Part shown: piece by piece, positions 31,563 to 42,820 of the stretch
How the letters are laid out: each line of letters starts with the position of its first letter
Numbering within the stretch: the first letter of the stretch is position 1
Source of the DNA: Rhodothermaceae bacterium
Lineage (GTDB): Bacteria; Bacteroidota; Rhodothermia; Rhodothermales; JAHQVL01
Length of the DNA stretch: 55,417 nucleotides
Assembly: GCA_019634345.1 (NCBI GenBank)
Contig: JAHQVL010000074.1
Coordinates: 1-55,417, forward strand
Direction of reading: 5' to 3'
Made by a program: the position numbers and the translations under genes
The notes under the pieces: model-generated
Told to the model about the DNA's origin: nothing
Database searches by the model: none
The model's input: the letters and a program-made list of their open reading frames with translations, nothing else

Positions 31563-31623
31563 TGAAATTGCCGATAGTGAACGAAGTGAAATTTTAGTAA
31601 GGGTGCTATCTAATTGGGGTCAA

Positions 31624-32085
31624 ATGAGTCAAAACCATAAATCTGAAGCGATTGTGCTCTTTGATGGGGTGTGCAATCTGTGTAATGCGAGCATCAATTT
31701 TATTATTGATAATGACTCCAGGGGGTATTTCAAATTTGCTTCCTTGCAGTCTCCTGAGGCTGAAACCTATTTGAATAGATGTGCACAGAGCAGTGGGGAT
31801 GTTGAGGTGCGAAATGGGTATGACTATTTGAGCAGTGTCCTTTTGTACGAGAATGGGCAATGTTACCGTGAATCTACTGCGGTACTTCGCATCGCCAGGA
31901 AATTAAGAGGAGGATGGCCGCTGATGTATGGACTCATTCTAATTCCTGAACCCATTCGAAATGTCATTTATCACTGGGTTGCACGAAATAGATATCGCTG
32001 GTTCGGGAAGCAAGACGCTTGCCGGCTTCCCTCCCCAGAATTACGTGCTCGTTTTCTTGACGGCTTAACCTCTTCCTCTTCTTAA
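31624..32085 (+). CDS. DCC family thiol-disulfide oxidoreductase (YuxK-like)
   Basis: FDGVCNLCN, FASLQS and YHWVARNRYRWFG motifs. ATG 31624 preferred. Confidence 0.92.
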   Translation: MSQNHKSEAIVLFDGVCNLCNASINFIIDNDSRGYFKFASLQSPEAETYLNRCAQSSGDVEVRNGYDYLSSVLLYENGQCYRESTAVLRIARKLRGGWPLMYGLILIPEPIRNVIYHWVARNRYRWFGKQDACRLPSPELRARFLDGLTSSSS

Positions 32086-35000
32086 GGAGTATCTGAAGAT
32101 TTCTCCTGGAGCAGTTCGAAGTATTTCTTGATGAGCTCCTCGTAGTCAGGTGCATATCCGCTTTCGAGCGCCTCTATCAAGGCTCTACGCAATCGGTCGC
32201 TTTCTTCTGAAGGTGATAGTTCGTCAGGACTTTCTCTGAAAAATTCCTCGCCTAATTGCCCTTCTCGACGTTTTTCACGTCCGCGCTCTTGCATAGATTT
32301 AGTTGCTTCAAGCATACGGGTTAATATTTCTTGCTGCCTTTCAACCGTTCTGCGTCCTGGTCGGCTTCGTTGAAGTTCTCGGATAGTTTCTTCCATTTGC
32401 TCAGCAATGCGATTGAGATCCCCCATAAGTTCTCGTTTAAGCTCCCTGTTTCGGCTTAATTGCTTGATCTGTGAGCGTATCTGCTCTTGTTGGGATGCCA
32501 TTTGCCGGAGCCGCTGCTGCATGTCTTGCGAGAGCCGATTGCCCTGTGACTCATTCAGCATTTGTTGAATTTGCTGATTTAACTTTTGCTGCTGGCCAGC
32601 GGCGTTTTGTAATTGTTGAATCATCTGCTGCATCGACATGCCACCACCGCCGCTGCCTTGTTGGTTCATCATTTCGTTGAGCAGGTCAGAGAGTAACAAC
32701 GCCAATTCGTTTAGATGCATCATGGCCTCTTTCTGGTGGCCACTTGCCCGGTTTGCGACACGATCCGTCATCGACTCAACCGCAGAACTCATTTCGCGCA
32801 TGGCATCCCCAGCATGTTGTTGGACCTCTCTACTCATTTGAGGGATTTTTTGCGACAAGGATTGAAGAGAATCACTCACAACACGCAATCCTGAACTCAA
32901 TTCGACTTGATCCTGGGCCAGTTGGCGCATTGTTGGGCTATCGGTTGCTAGCCCTCGTACATTTTCACGTAGACCTTCTTGGAGTTGAGAAAGCGTCAGG
33001 ATATCGCTTAAGGCGCGGCGAAGGCCGGCGATGTTAATCTGCATCTGAGCACCCTGCATGCCTTGTTGCATTTGTTGCATTTGCTGCTGCATTTGCTGCA
33101 ACTGCTGCTGCATCTGCTGTTGTTGCTGCTGGGCCTGATCAAATTGCTCCTGCCGAAGCTGATCCGCATTTTCCTGCATTTGCTCGGGAATTTGCTGATC
33201 CTGAACTTGCTCATTGAGTTGCTCCATTTGCTCTGAAGGCGCATTCTCCAGTTCTTCCATCCTCTCCTGGATTTCTTTCATCTTCTGCTCGATTGCTTCC
33301 ATCTCTTCTTTCGAAAGCTCCTGCTGTTGGGCTAGCTGCTCTTTAGAGGATTGTTGTTCGCCATCCTGCTGATCGCCATCATGCTGATCGCCATCCTGCT
33401 GCTCGCCATCTTGCTGCTCGCCATCTTGCTGTTCACCATCCTGCTGCTCGCCATCTTGCTGTTCACCATCCTGCTGCTCGCCATCTTGCTGCTCGCCATC
33501 TTGCTGCTCGCCATCTTGCTGCTCGCCATCTTCTTGCTGGTTGTTGTCTTCATCTGCAGCTTCAGCAGTTTCCTCTTGCATTCGTTCTTGTTGCTCAGCG
33601 AGTTCTTCTGCTCGTCGGGCAACTTCATCCAGATCCTGTTGAACACGAATTTGTTTAAAGAGCTCTAGCGAGCGTTCGAGCCGGTTTTGATATTGATCTT
33701 CATTGATTTGGAAGTTGTTCAAAGACTCCTGCATTTGCTGCAGGTTGAGTTCCTGCATGGCTTCTTGCAACTGATTCAATGCATCCATGAGTTCTGGAGA
33801 ATTGATCTCTTCCAGTACCTGTTGCATTTCTTCATAGAGCTGCTGCGTTTCGTCTGAAGACAGGTTATTGTTCTCCATTTGTTGAGTCATTTCTTCAAAT
33901 GACTCATTTAGGGATTCAACCTTGCTCTCCAGTTCCGATTGCTTTTCTTTGATTTGCTCAAGTTGGCGTTGATCTTCCCAATCACTCTCAAGCTTGTTTC
34001 GGAGCTCATCTTGTAATTCCTTGAACTGCTCATCGATATCTCGTGTATCCTTGAGGAGTTCCTCCATTTCATCTTGAACGTCATCCTCACGCTGTTCGAG
34101 GTCTTTGTATTGTTCAGCCAGGGAAGGGAGTCTTAGAAGTTGAGTTTGGCTCTTCGAAGATTTGAATCCTGAATACGAATCATTGTCCCAAACCTGAATA
34201 TAATATTCTATGGCATCTCCCGGGACTGGATCAAGAAGAGGCGTTTCTCCCAGATCCCAGTCAAATAAGATATCCTGGTCCAAAGATGAGCGGTCATTTA
34301 TTTGGAGAGTAATGGACTCGAAGTTTGGCATCGGTTCGCCGAATCGTGACTCTGCCAACCTGTAGTAGAGCCGCAATCGATTGAATCCGAAGTCATCAGT
34401 AATTCGAGAGGCAAGGGTGGTTGATAATGTTTCGTTGAGTTCGGAGAGCGGTTCTGGAGATAAGAGTACTGCCGTTGGGTACCCATCTTGCAGCAACTTC
34501 ATCGAGTATCGTATTGGATTGCTATTTTCTGTATCGTTAGCATCCTTGACAACTAGATGATAAGTCCCCTCTCGGGTGAGAGCAAAGGACCCCGAAGCTC
34601 CACCTGGCCTTACTTCAAGCGTATCTCGAACTCCGTTATCAAATTCCACATAGGCTTCGGTAATATCGGGGCCTCCAATAAGTGCGTCCAGGTTCACTCT
34701 CGTTCCTGGTAGTGCCTGGATGTCACCAACATTGGGTTCGAGCCTTTGCTGTGGGATCCTTGAATAAGCGGGAGACTCCAGTGATACCTGAATAGACCGA
34801 ATAATAGGGCGCTCGACGATATCTACGTCGTACCAGGGAGTAGTTACTGGATTGGCTTGAAGGCTGTAGTTGAATGATCTACGCACGTTTACAAAGGTAC
34901 GGGCATAGGCACCTGAAGAGTCTGGATAAAGAGACTCTTCTACAATTTTGTCTTCAAGTTTATCTTTATAGAGTAGAGTCAGTGAAGTAGGTAATTCTTC

Positions 35001-35681
35001 GCCTGTAAGTGCAATACTTATTCGGAGCGAATCCCCACGTAGCAATTCAACTGAGCCAGGGGAGACTTGCATTTGAAATAAAGCCGGTCGGTCAAACTCA
35101 GCCCCAGGCGTTAATAAGCGCTGGGAAGCACCCATGAATGAATTGGGAGCCGCAACAAGAAATACGATGAGCCCCAGCAGCGGAATAGCAGCGAATTTTG
35201 ATGCATTCACGGCACGGTCAAACGATTCCATTTTCTCGAATTCAACACTCTCAATTTCTTTGCCCAGAGACATCACTGCATGGTTGACAAACTCATTAGA
35301 GGCAGAGCTCCGTTTGCCTTCTGCAAGATGGAGTAAGTTCAGAAGCCTGTCCGCTACCTGTGGGAAGTAGGATCCAATATCTTTGGCCAGTTTGGCTTCA
35401 CTTGCACCAGATAGAACACCGGAGAAACGCAACAAGGGAAGAATTACAAACCATACGAGTACGCCAAGTCCAAGAAGGAGGGTAGTGCCAGTTAGAACTA
35501 TCCGAACGGTAGAAGCGAGCCAGAAGCCTGCTTCAAGAGCGGTTGAAAAAAGCCATAGACCGGCAAGTACACCAAGCAAAATTACGGCTCCAAAAACTAT
35601 ATGCGTCAGGTATCTTCTCTGGGCAGTGCGCTTTAATCTTTTCTTGATAGATTCGATGATCTGCAGGCTCTGTTCACTCAT
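32082..35681 (-). CDS. DUF4175-like membrane-anchored Ig plus coiled-coil, Gln-rich protein
   Basis: N-terminal TMs, ADRLLN, TDDFG and VWDND motifs, a long Q/E/M-rich coiled coil, and C-terminal [12 protein letters not shown]...YEELIKKYF. Confidence 0.75.
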   Translation of the reverse strand: MSEQSLQIIESIKKRLKRTAQRRYLTHIVFGAVILLGVLAGLWLFSTALEAGFWLASTVRIVLTGTTLLLGLGVLVWFVILPLLRFSGVLSGASEAKLAKDIGSYFPQVADRLLNLLHLAEGKRSSASNEFVNHAVMSLGKEIESVEFEKMESFDRAVNASKFAAIPLLGLIVFLVAAPNSFMGASQRLLTPGAEFDRPALFQMQVSPGSVELLRGDSLRISIALTGEELPTSLTLLYKDKLEDKIVEESLYPDSSGAYARTFVNVRRSFNYSLQANPVTTPWYDVDIVERPIIRSIQVSLESPAYSRIPQQRLEPNVGDIQALPGTRVNLDALIGGPDITEAYVEFDNGVRDTLEVRPGGASGSFALTREGTYHLVVKDANDTENSNPIRYSMKLLQDGYPTAVLLSPEPLSELNETLSTTLASRITDDFGFNRLRLYYRLAESRFGEPMPNFESITLQINDRSSLDQDILFDWDLGETPLLDPVPGDAIEYYIQVWDNDSYSGFKSSKSQTQLLRLPSLAEQYKDLEQREDDVQDEMEELLKDTRDIDEQFKELQDELRNKLESDWEDQRQLEQIKEKQSELESKVESLNESFEEMTQQMENNNLSSDETQQLYEEMQQVLEEINSPELMDALNQLQEAMQELNLQQMQESLNNFQINEDQYQNRLERSLELFKQIRVQQDLDEVARRAEELAEQQERMQEETAEAADEDNNQQEDGEQQDGEQQDGEQQDGEQQDGEQQDGEQQDGEQQDGEQQDGEQQDGDQHDGDQQDGEQQSSKEQLAQQQELSKEEMEAIEQKMKEIQERMEELENAPSEQMEQLNEQVQDQQIPEQMQENADQLRQEQFDQAQQQQQQMQQQLQQMQQQMQQMQQGMQGAQMQINIAGLRRALSDILTLSQLQEGLRENVRGLATDSPTMRQLAQDQVELSSGLRVVSDSLQSLSQKIPQMSREVQQHAGDAMREMSSAVESMTDRVANRASGHQKEAMMHLNELALLLSDLLNEMMNQQGSGGGGMSMQQMIQQLQNAAGQQQKLNQQIQQMLNESQGNRLSQDMQQRLRQMASQQEQIRSQIKQLSRNRELKRELMGDLNRIAEQMEETIRELQRSRPGRRTVERQQEILTRMLEATKSMQERGREKRREGQLGEEFFRESPDELSPSEESDRLRRALIEALESGYAPDYEELIKKYFELLQEKSSDTP
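33352..33540 (-). repeat. 15-bp coding tandem repeat, about 12 x QQDGE
   Basis: CCATC recurs every 15 nt from 33361 to 33526 (12 copies). Confidence 0.95.
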
Positions 35682-35790
35682 TCTTTTTAAGGATAACCTT
35701 ATACAAATTATATTTTTATCTGAGGCTATTAATAAGTATACTAACGCGTGTAGTCTAGAAACGCTCCTGCATCAATAGCCCCTTTATACA

Positions 35791-37059
35791 ATGAACGAAG
35801 TAATCTCTGTAATATTGGGTGGAGGCGCCGGCTCCCGCCTACATCCCTTGACCTATAGACGCTCGAAACCTGCCGTTCCCCTTGCTGGAAGATATAGGTT
35901 GATTGACATCCCTATATCAAACTGCATCAACTCCAATCTGAACAGGATCTTTGTTCTTACTCAATTTAATTCAGCAAGTTTAAACAGGCACATTCAGAAG
36001 GCGTACCAATTTGACCGATTTGGTTCCGGTTTTGTTACAATTCTGGCTGCAGAGCAGACTCCTACTTCGAAAGATTGGTTTCAGGGCACTGCAGATGCAG
36101 TTCGGCGCGTGCTTATGCACATCAATAGTCATAATCATGAGTACGTACTGATACTGTCTGGCGACCAACTCTACAGTATGAACTATCAGAAAATGATAGC
36201 TCATCATAAAGAATTGAACGCTGATATTACGATTGCAACAATTCCAGTTGTAGCAAGTGATGCACCAGGTTTTGGTATTCTAAAGACGGATGATAATCAT
36301 AAAGTCACTGAGTTTTATGAAAAACCATCTCTAGAAGAGTTGTCTGGCAAAGAAAGCCCTGTAACAGATGAATTGAAAGAGGCAGGACGAATTTATCTGG
36401 CATCGATGGGGATATACATTTTCAACAAGTCATTGTTGAATGACATGTTAATTGGTAATCGGGCTATGCACGACTTTGGGAAAGAGGTTATTCCAACAGC
36501 CATTCAGAGCCAACATGTTGTGAGCTATCCGTTTAGTGGATATTGGAGTGATATCGGTACGATCAAGTCTTTTTATGATGCGAACTTAATGCTTGCTCAG
36601 CCGCATCCTCCTTTCACCATGTACGATCCAAAGTCTCCTATTTACACAAGTATGCGTACGCTTCCGCATGCGAAAGTAAATAATGCACGCATTAGCAACT
36701 CAATTATAGCAGAAGCGAGTGTTGTTGTGGATAGCGATGTAGAGGACTCCGTAATTGGGATACGGACATTTATCGGGCGCGGATCTACAATCAAACGATC
36801 TGTGATCATGGGAGCAGATTATTACCATTGGCATGATTCTGACTTAGTACCTCGGGAAGGACCTCCAAACCCAGGTATAGATGAAGATTCCTATATCGAG
36901 GGAGCAATTATTGATCGAAATGTTAGCATCGGAAAAAGATGCCGCATTTTTAACAAGGATCATGTCCAAGAAGGGGGAGATGGGGAAAAATTCTTTATCC
37001 GTGATGGCATCATTATCATTACTAAAAACGTACGGATCGAAGACGATACAATAATTTGA
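35791..37059 (+). CDS. glgC: Glucose-1-phosphate adenylyltransferase
   Basis: [46 protein letters not shown] and YWSDIGT motifs. Confidence 0.97.
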   Translation: MNEVISVILGGGAGSRLHPLTYRRSKPAVPLAGRYRLIDIPISNCINSNLNRIFVLTQFNSASLNRHIQKAYQFDRFGSGFVTILAAEQTPTSKDWFQGTADAVRRVLMHINSHNHEYVLILSGDQLYSMNYQKMIAHHKELNADITIATIPVVASDAPGFGILKTDDNHKVTEFYEKPSLEELSGKESPVTDELKEAGRIYLASMGIYIFNKSLLNDMLIGNRAMHDFGKEVIPTAIQSQHVVSYPFSGYWSDIGTIKSFYDANLMLAQPHPPFTMYDPKSPIYTSMRTLPHAKVNNARISNSIIAEASVVVDSDVEDSVIGIRTFIGRGSTIKRSVIMGADYYHWHDSDLVPREGPPNPGIDEDSYIEGAIIDRNVSIGKRCRIFNKDHVQEGGDGEKFFIRDGIIIITKNVRIEDDTII

Positions 37060-37188
37060 TCTGCTTCCTGTTTATTTAACGTACTATTTAAAAATTAGGA
37101 CGGGTCTTTGGAAACGAAACGGCACGTGTACGCATAGGATACGGGTCGTTCGTTTATTGATGGAAATAAGACAATTCTTACTATAGAT

Positions 37189-37767
37189 ATGGCTATGAAG
37201 CAGATGAATACACGCTTTACCAGTTTTTTTACGGTCTCATCTTTACTGGTTGTGTTTCTTTTGAGCGGTTGCCGCACATACGGTGGCTATGATTCAGAAG
37301 AGGCCACTTTTGGTCAAATTGCTGAAAGCAACAAAGTGTTTGCTAATGATCTTGAGAAAGCTCGGGGAGAATTGCAGAAGTTGGAGCAAGCTGCTCAAGC
37401 TAACTCAGCACTCAGTTCATACGTGTCCGATTATGAGATGCTTCTTGAAAAACACAGTCATATGGTTGAGGAGCATGCAAAGTTGGCATCAGAGTTAGAC
37501 GTGAAAACGGGTTTTCTTGGCCAACTCACACCTTCTTACAGGAATTTAAACAGAGCGCTCGGGTACATAGTCGCTGAACAGGCTGCAATGGAAGGGCGGT
37601 ATCATCAACTAGCAGCTCATATAGAAGGGGGTGCTTACGCAGAAGGAGATATTTGGGAGTCTAATATTTCTAGAAGCCGCTACCAGGCTGTGCCTCCCTA
37701 CTATCAGGCAATCAGCCATGCCCTTGTAAGGAAATCAGTAACGGCAGTCTTATCGCAATCAATGTAA
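37189..37767 (+). CDS. Hypothetical helical lipoprotein
   Basis: Lipobox LSGC followed by RTYGGY; coiled-coil character. Confidence 0.75.
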   Translation: MAMKQMNTRFTSFFTVSSLLVVFLLSGCRTYGGYDSEEATFGQIAESNKVFANDLEKARGELQKLEQAAQANSALSSYVSDYEMLLEKHSHMVEEHAKLASELDVKTGFLGQLTPSYRNLNRALGYIVAEQAAMEGRYHQLAAHIEGGAYAEGDIWESNISRSRYQAVPPYYQAISHALVRKSVTAVLSQSM

Positions 37768-37782
37768 ATTCTTAACTAGTCT

Positions 37783-37829
37783 TTTCAGATAACCTGCTTC
37801 CCTGTTTAGTTGAAAAGGGTTATCTGAAA
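37783..37829. other. Intergenic inverted repeat with 12-bp arms
   Basis: TTTCAGATAACC...GGTTATCTGAAA; no U-tract on the + strand. Confidence 0.6.
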
Positions 37830-37848
37830 GGGGTAGATCCTTGCTGAT

Positions 37849-39879
37849 TTGAATCAATTTAAAAAAGCACTTCCCCTGTTTTTTGTTATTGCTGGGGTTC
37901 TCTGGACATCCACGCCTTCTTTTGCTCAATCCCCTGAGGCAGAACAGGATTCTTTAATGTCCTATGACCTTGAAGAGATTTTCGTAAGCAGTGGATCCGT
38001 ATTTGAAACGGAAGCAAACACAATCACTCGAGTCTCCATTGCGGATTTAGAGCGCCATAACGCCACATCAGTGAGCGACTTGGCACGAACTATTCCTGCA
38101 GCTCATATCCAGACAAACTCTCGAGGAGAATCCCTTATTTACATTCGAAATGCTGGGGAGCGGCAAGTAGCTGTATTTTTTAATGGGGCTCTTCTCAATA
38201 TTCCGTGGGACAATAGGGTTAATCTAGATTTAGTACCAGCAAGTGTTATCGGGGGAATTACGGTGTCAAAGGGAGTACCCTCCGTTTTGTATGGGACCAA
38301 TGTTTTGGGTGGAGCAATAAATATCACCTCACGCGTGACAGAAGCAGAGGGGTCGTTTACTGAAATTGGTGGCTCTTATGGGGGGCATGCAACCTCGAAC
38401 TTCTCTGCTACCCATCTGAGCTCATTGGGACATTGGAAAGTTGGCGCAGCTGTAGGATATAGTAATAGAGATGGATTGCCCTTGCCTGATGATGCAGATG
38501 TACCGTTTAGTCAAGATAGTGACCAATTGCGAACAAACACAGATCGTGAAGTCCTGAATGTGTATGGCCAGGTGAGCCATTCTTTTAGCAGCGGCACCGA
38601 GTTGGGACTTTCTTATCTCTTTCTGGATGGAGACTTTGGTATAGCTCCTGAAAGTCATCTCGATCCTGCAGAGTCTAGTATACGCTATTGGAGATACCCT
38701 CATTGGCAAAACAATACACTTGTTTTGAATGGATTAGTACCACTCGGTCCTCAGGCAATTTTAAAGGGAGCTGCATGGGGGAACTGGTATAATCAGGATA
38801 TCACTTCGTTTACAGGTGCAGATTACGCAACGGTTGAAGAGCAGCAGGAAGACACTGATCAAACTTTTGGGACCCGCATTTCAATTATCAAACCCCTCGC
38901 ATCTGGAGAGCTCATTATTGCTCTAAATGGACTCCAGTCTGAACATAGCGAAGTTTCTTATGAAGTACCGCAAAGTGGAGATCCTGAAATCGAGACTGAT
39001 CCTGCTGAAGTCTTTAGTCAGTTCGTTTATTCTGCTGGAATTGAATACGGTATTCAAGTGCAGGAAGCCTATAAAATTACGGTGGGAGGGAGCCTGGATG
39101 GAATTACTACACCAGAAACCGGGGATAAACCCTCACTGGATCCATTTCTAGATTATGGATTAAATAGTGGCGTTCAAATATTGTTGTCAGAAAACTTGCT
39201 CGTTCGTGGTGCAGCCGGACGAAAAGTTCGATTTCCTACCATGAGGGAGTTATTTGGTGTCGCTCTTAATCGATTTTTGTTAAATCCTGACCTAAGCCCA
39301 GAATCTTCTTTTATATCTGAGATTGGTTTATCTCAACGAGGCGATACTTTTAGTGGAGAATTGATTGGGTTTTATCAGCGCACATTTGATACGATCGATC
39401 AACGAAGAGTTGAAGTAGATGGAAATACATTGCGCCAGCGGGTCAATTTAGAAGGCAGTCGTGTGTGGGGGATTGAAAGCGGGTTTAATTCAAAATTGGC
39501 GCAAAAGCTCACCTTAGAAGGACATTTAACCTGGACACATCCAAGGGCCTTTGAAGACGGTGAGACTGTCTTTTTGACCGAAAAACCCGAGTGGCTGGGA
39601 AGCCTTAGCTTGCGGTATAATCAGCCTCAAGGCCTCTCTTTCTTCGGAGAACTATTGTACAGGGGAGATGCCTACGGGCTAAGCGAAGAAAATGAGTTTG
39701 TGACCCTTGGGTCTGCGCTTGTGCTTGATGCAAAAGTCTCTTATAGATTTAGTATAAACTCAGTCTTCGGGGAATGGTACGTTCGGGTGGATAATATCTT
39801 TGATGCCACAACATTACCTCAGTTAGGGCTGCCCGGTGCTGGTCGGTTAGTCAGAAGCGGCTTGAGTATCAGTCTGTAG
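37849..39879 (+). CDS. TonB-dependent receptor (compact plug plus barrel)
   Basis: Signal peptide; LEEIFVS TonB-box-like segment; plug ending SVLYGTNVLGGAINI; RFPTMRELF, NPDLSPE, VDNIFD and PGAGR motifs. TTG start. Confidence 0.9.
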   Translation: MNQFKKALPLFFVIAGVLWTSTPSFAQSPEAEQDSLMSYDLEEIFVSSGSVFETEANTITRVSIADLERHNATSVSDLARTIPAAHIQTNSRGESLIYIRNAGERQVAVFFNGALLNIPWDNRVNLDLVPASVIGGITVSKGVPSVLYGTNVLGGAINITSRVTEAEGSFTEIGGSYGGHATSNFSATHLSSLGHWKVGAAVGYSNRDGLPLPDDADVPFSQDSDQLRTNTDREVLNVYGQVSHSFSSGTELGLSYLFLDGDFGIAPESHLDPAESSIRYWRYPHWQNNTLVLNGLVPLGPQAILKGAAWGNWYNQDITSFTGADYATVEEQQEDTDQTFGTRISIIKPLASGELIIALNGLQSEHSEVSYEVPQSGDPEIETDPAEVFSQFVYSAGIEYGIQVQEAYKITVGGSLDGITTPETGDKPSLDPFLDYGLNSGVQILLSENLLVRGAAGRKVRFPTMRELFGVALNRFLLNPDLSPESSFISEIGLSQRGDTFSGELIGFYQRTFDTIDQRRVEVDGNTLRQRVNLEGSRVWGIESGFNSKLAQKLTLEGHLTWTHPRAFEDGETVFLTEKPEWLGSLSLRYNQPQGLSFFGELLYRGDAYGLSEENEFVTLGSALVLDAKVSYRFSINSVFGEWYVRVDNIFDATTLPQLGLPGAGRLVRSGLSISL

Positions 39880-39885
39880 TTTATA

Positions 39886-40830
39886 CTAAAACTTAACCAT
39901 GTGCTCTACGTATTCGAGCATGGGTTTCTGTTCAACTGAAAGCACTTCTTCTATAGTTTGTTTATTGTACCCATTCGTGTTGAGCAATGAATTTAATGAT
40001 TGTGGTAGATTCCAATCCAATGGGAAAATAGAGTTAGCTTCATCACGTTCAATTTGGTCATCGTTCTCTACATCCTCTGCATTCCAGTCCGGGTGATCCT
40101 GTATTGCCATAGCCAATTGGTGAGCAATATCTGAACTGGCTTTCATGATAATTCCAAGCTCTCGTTCGTTCGAACTGTTTAAGTGCCCTGGGGTATCGTA
40201 GGATTCAATCAGCCGGGGCAGCAGGTCCGGGAAATTCCAATGCTGAGTTGCAATTGCTCCAATCGCAGCATGATCAATACCTAGGGTGCGCCTCTCCTCA
40301 TCAACGGTAGGTAAATAGCTCTCAGAGTCTTCGATAAGCTTCGTGTAGGCTTCTTGGTGATTGTACAGTAACACAAAGCGACCGATGTTGTGAAGCAATC
40401 CTGAGGTAAATGCAATAGGTTTTTGAGCAAGGTCAAATTCTTGAGCAAGAAGATTGGTCAAGTAGCCTGCACCAATACTGGCTCGTATAATCCTTCCCAC
40501 GGCGAGCATTTCTTTTTTTGAGGACCCAATTTTCCTCAGACTGATGTAGCTCGAAGTTAGAATAATGTTGGAGACTTCGATGAAGCCAATCATGACCACT
40601 GCTTTGCGCAAGTCGCCGAATTTCCGGCGCATCCCATAATAGGCAGAGTTGATTCTTTTTAAGACAGTAGCTACTACAAGCGGATCCTGGTTTACCACAT
40701 CGATCAACCTTTCTGTATCAGGAGCTTCAGATGATGCCAAAATTGAAGACACCTCAGCCACTGTTCTAGATAAAGGAGGAAACCGTAAATCTAGATCGTA
40801 TAGCGTGTTTGTTTCTTGGTCCAGGGGCAT
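39886..40830 (-). CDS. Stand-alone HDOD domain protein
   Basis: FPPL, QDPLV...LKRINSAYYG, AFTSGLLHNIG and GIDHAAIG...WNFP motifs. Confidence 0.9.
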   Translation of the reverse strand: MPLDQETNTLYDLDLRFPPLSRTVAEVSSILASSEAPDTERLIDVVNQDPLVVATVLKRINSAYYGMRRKFGDLRKAVVMIGFIEVSNIILTSSYISLRKIGSSKKEMLAVGRIIRASIGAGYLTNLLAQEFDLAQKPIAFTSGLLHNIGRFVLLYNHQEAYTKLIEDSESYLPTVDEERRTLGIDHAAIGAIATQHWNFPDLLPRLIESYDTPGHLNSSNERELGIIMKASSDIAHQLAMAIQDHPDWNAEDVENDDQIERDEANSIFPLDWNLPQSLNSLLNTNGYNKQTIEEVLSVEQKPMLEYVEHMVKF

Positions 40831-40976
40831 ATCGATTTGGGATCTCGTATAACTACGATAGAATCAAAAAAAGCAGGTGCAAATAGAGGGCCTTGGGCTT
40901 TAATACCTGAGGTATCGGGCAAAAATAACGAATAATAAATTTGTGGGGGTAGATGAGAGGCCTTATGCCAAAGGCC

Positions 40977-41285
40977 TTAGGATAAGCGCCGGATTTGCCT
41001 GTAACTTATTGCCCGTGGTGGGGCTGCAAACATCCTCTTGGTAACTGACCAGGTAGAATTAAAGAATTCGCTATTCCTGTAATTTTGTAGATCCTCATCA
41101 GAACGCCAGTGTGAGTACGTTGCAAGAACATTGGGATAGGTTGGGTTCTGAAGTAACTCAAGGTGCTCGCAGCCTTCAAAAGACCTGATTTGGGGAGATA
41201 CACGATCAAAGAGGTTTAGGAATTCGTTGGTTTTATCTGGGCGTAGGGTTAACTGTACCAGGCGAACTAAAATGGTGTCACTCAT
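40977..41285 (-). CDS. Antibiotic biosynthesis monooxygenase (ABM) family protein
   Basis: IRSFEGC, TYSHW and YRNSEFF...W motifs. Confidence 0.85.
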   Translation of the reverse strand: MSDTILVRLVQLTLRPDKTNEFLNLFDRVSPQIRSFEGCEHLELLQNPTYPNVLATYSHWRSDEDLQNYRNSEFFNSTWSVTKRMFAAPPRAISYRQIRRLS

Positions 41286-42744
41286 TGTTGGAATTATCAG
41301 TTTGAATCAAGTGTTTGCCTATGTCACAGCTTAGGCATTGAAGAGGTTTGCAAAAGGAAGAATATAATTCGTGTATTCCTTGAGACATTATACCATCCGA
41401 TAGCTGAAAATTCTCTTTTGCAAATAATCGCGTGACATAGTCATCCTCGGGTGGAATTGACCTGAGCATCTCCATGATGCGGTTCTCTAAGTCGATATCG
41501 TCGTTTTGGTCCGCAATAAATAATAATAAGGGGATTAGTGCGTTAATAATGAGCTTGATAAGCCGCTGCTTTCCTAGAATCCGTTTGTTTAGATGTGCTT
41601 TTTTTCTGAAATGATAATGAGTGTGCCAGAAGGTTGACGGTCTACATTGTAAAAGATCAAGAAGGGCTGAAAAGGGTTTTGGTTGGTTCACTGCTTCGAA
41701 TAATTGCCCTAACGGATCGTGATAAAGCAGGCTTCCTTTTGACAGCCATGTCGTGGCCTGTGCAATTCGCAACGTGGGGAAGTTTGCCGGCCTTAATCTG
41801 AAAAAAAGCCATGAACCTGAATGCATAGTGGGGATATTGAATGTCTTTTGAAGCTGCTCGAAAATATCGATCAACTTCCTGGCATTCCTGGATTCTTCCG
41901 GTGGTAACATGGCGCATTCATTTTTATGTGGAAGCAAGCCCGCAACTCCGAAGTGTAGGGCTTCTAATTCAACGGCTGCGTGTAGTTGGCGGGAAACCGA
42001 TAGGGGAATTCGTTTCGCGAGTTCTCCCATGGCCTCGCTGTTTTTGTCATATCCAAGTGCTTTAAATAAAGATGAATGGAGGATGCTGTCGTAATCAGGT
42101 GTGTTTAGATATACCTCTGATATTTGTCTCTTCTTTCTGGATAGACGTGCTTTAGATACGCTCAAACACCAATCGTTCTTGATGGACTCAGGCACGCTTT
42201 TTAATTGTCCAGTACAGGGAAGAGGGGATGAGGGATTAACAGCCTTGTTGTAAATTAGAGATCGTAATGAGGTCTTAAGTAGAGGCAGAAGGATGAGTTC
42301 TGGGATGAGGCTTCCGTCTTGCCGCCTTAAAGTGCCCGTATAAAGATCCTTCAGAAGAGAAAGATGTAAGATGGTGTTGTTGTAACGCTGATCCTCATGA
42401 TGTTTATGGTGATACCATTCTTTAGATGAACCATGGATTTCAATAGCGCCATGCCACTTAATCCCGTCAATGATAATAGTGGCATTCAAAAAATCAGGCC
42501 CGCTGTCCAGATTGGGAATACCCTGCCGGATAATTTCAATTGATTGGTAGTTGGTAGTCTTTAGATATTCCTTCTTAATACGCTGATACTGCCAGATATC
42601 ATGCAAGAGGGATTCTGGGATTTTGTGTTTTGAAAAGTTAGGTTCATGAACTTTGACTTCATACACATCGTCCTGAGAACCATAAAAAAGGGTTCCGCCC
42701 TTTAACGGCGAGGCTGAATACAGGGGTTTTGTCTTCACTGGCAA
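41278..42744 (-). CDS. DUF2851 family protein
   Basis: ESLLHDIWQ, GPDFLNA, WHGAIEIH, LRPANFPTLRIAQ, FWHTHY and C-terminal CxxxxCxxC. Start uncertain. Confidence 0.88.
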   Translation of the reverse strand: MPVKTKPLYSASPLKGGTLFYGSQDDVYEVKVHEPNFSKHKIPESLLHDIWQYQRIKKEYLKTTNYQSIEIIRQGIPNLDSGPDFLNATIIIDGIKWHGAIEIHGSSKEWYHHKHHEDQRYNNTILHLSLLKDLYTGTLRRQDGSLIPELILLPLLKTSLRSLIYNKAVNPSSPLPCTGQLKSVPESIKNDWCLSVSKARLSRKKRQISEVYLNTPDYDSILHSSLFKALGYDKNSEAMGELAKRIPLSVSRQLHAAVELEALHFGVAGLLPHKNECAMLPPEESRNARKLIDIFEQLQKTFNIPTMHSGSWLFFRLRPANFPTLRIAQATTWLSKGSLLYHDPLGQLFEAVNQPKPFSALLDLLQCRPSTFWHTHYHFRKKAHLNKRILGKQRLIKLIINALIPLLLFIADQNDDIDLENRIMEMLRSIPPEDDYVTRLFAKENFQLSDGIMSQGIHELYSSFCKPLQCLSCDIGKHLIQTDNSNNE

Positions 42745-42820
42745 GAGGATAAAAGGGTGTACGGTTTCCTCTTAAAAGACAGGTAAAGGCTGGATTAATA
42801 ACGTGCTTATAAACAACAGG

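Noticed and set aside
33332-33668. ORFs with (AILLL)n and (MASSK)n repeats
   Set aside because: They are alternate-frame and antisense readings of the QQDGE repeat.
37768-37848. Cobalamin riboswitch before the TonB receptor
   Set aside because: The gap is only 81 nt and has no B12-box.
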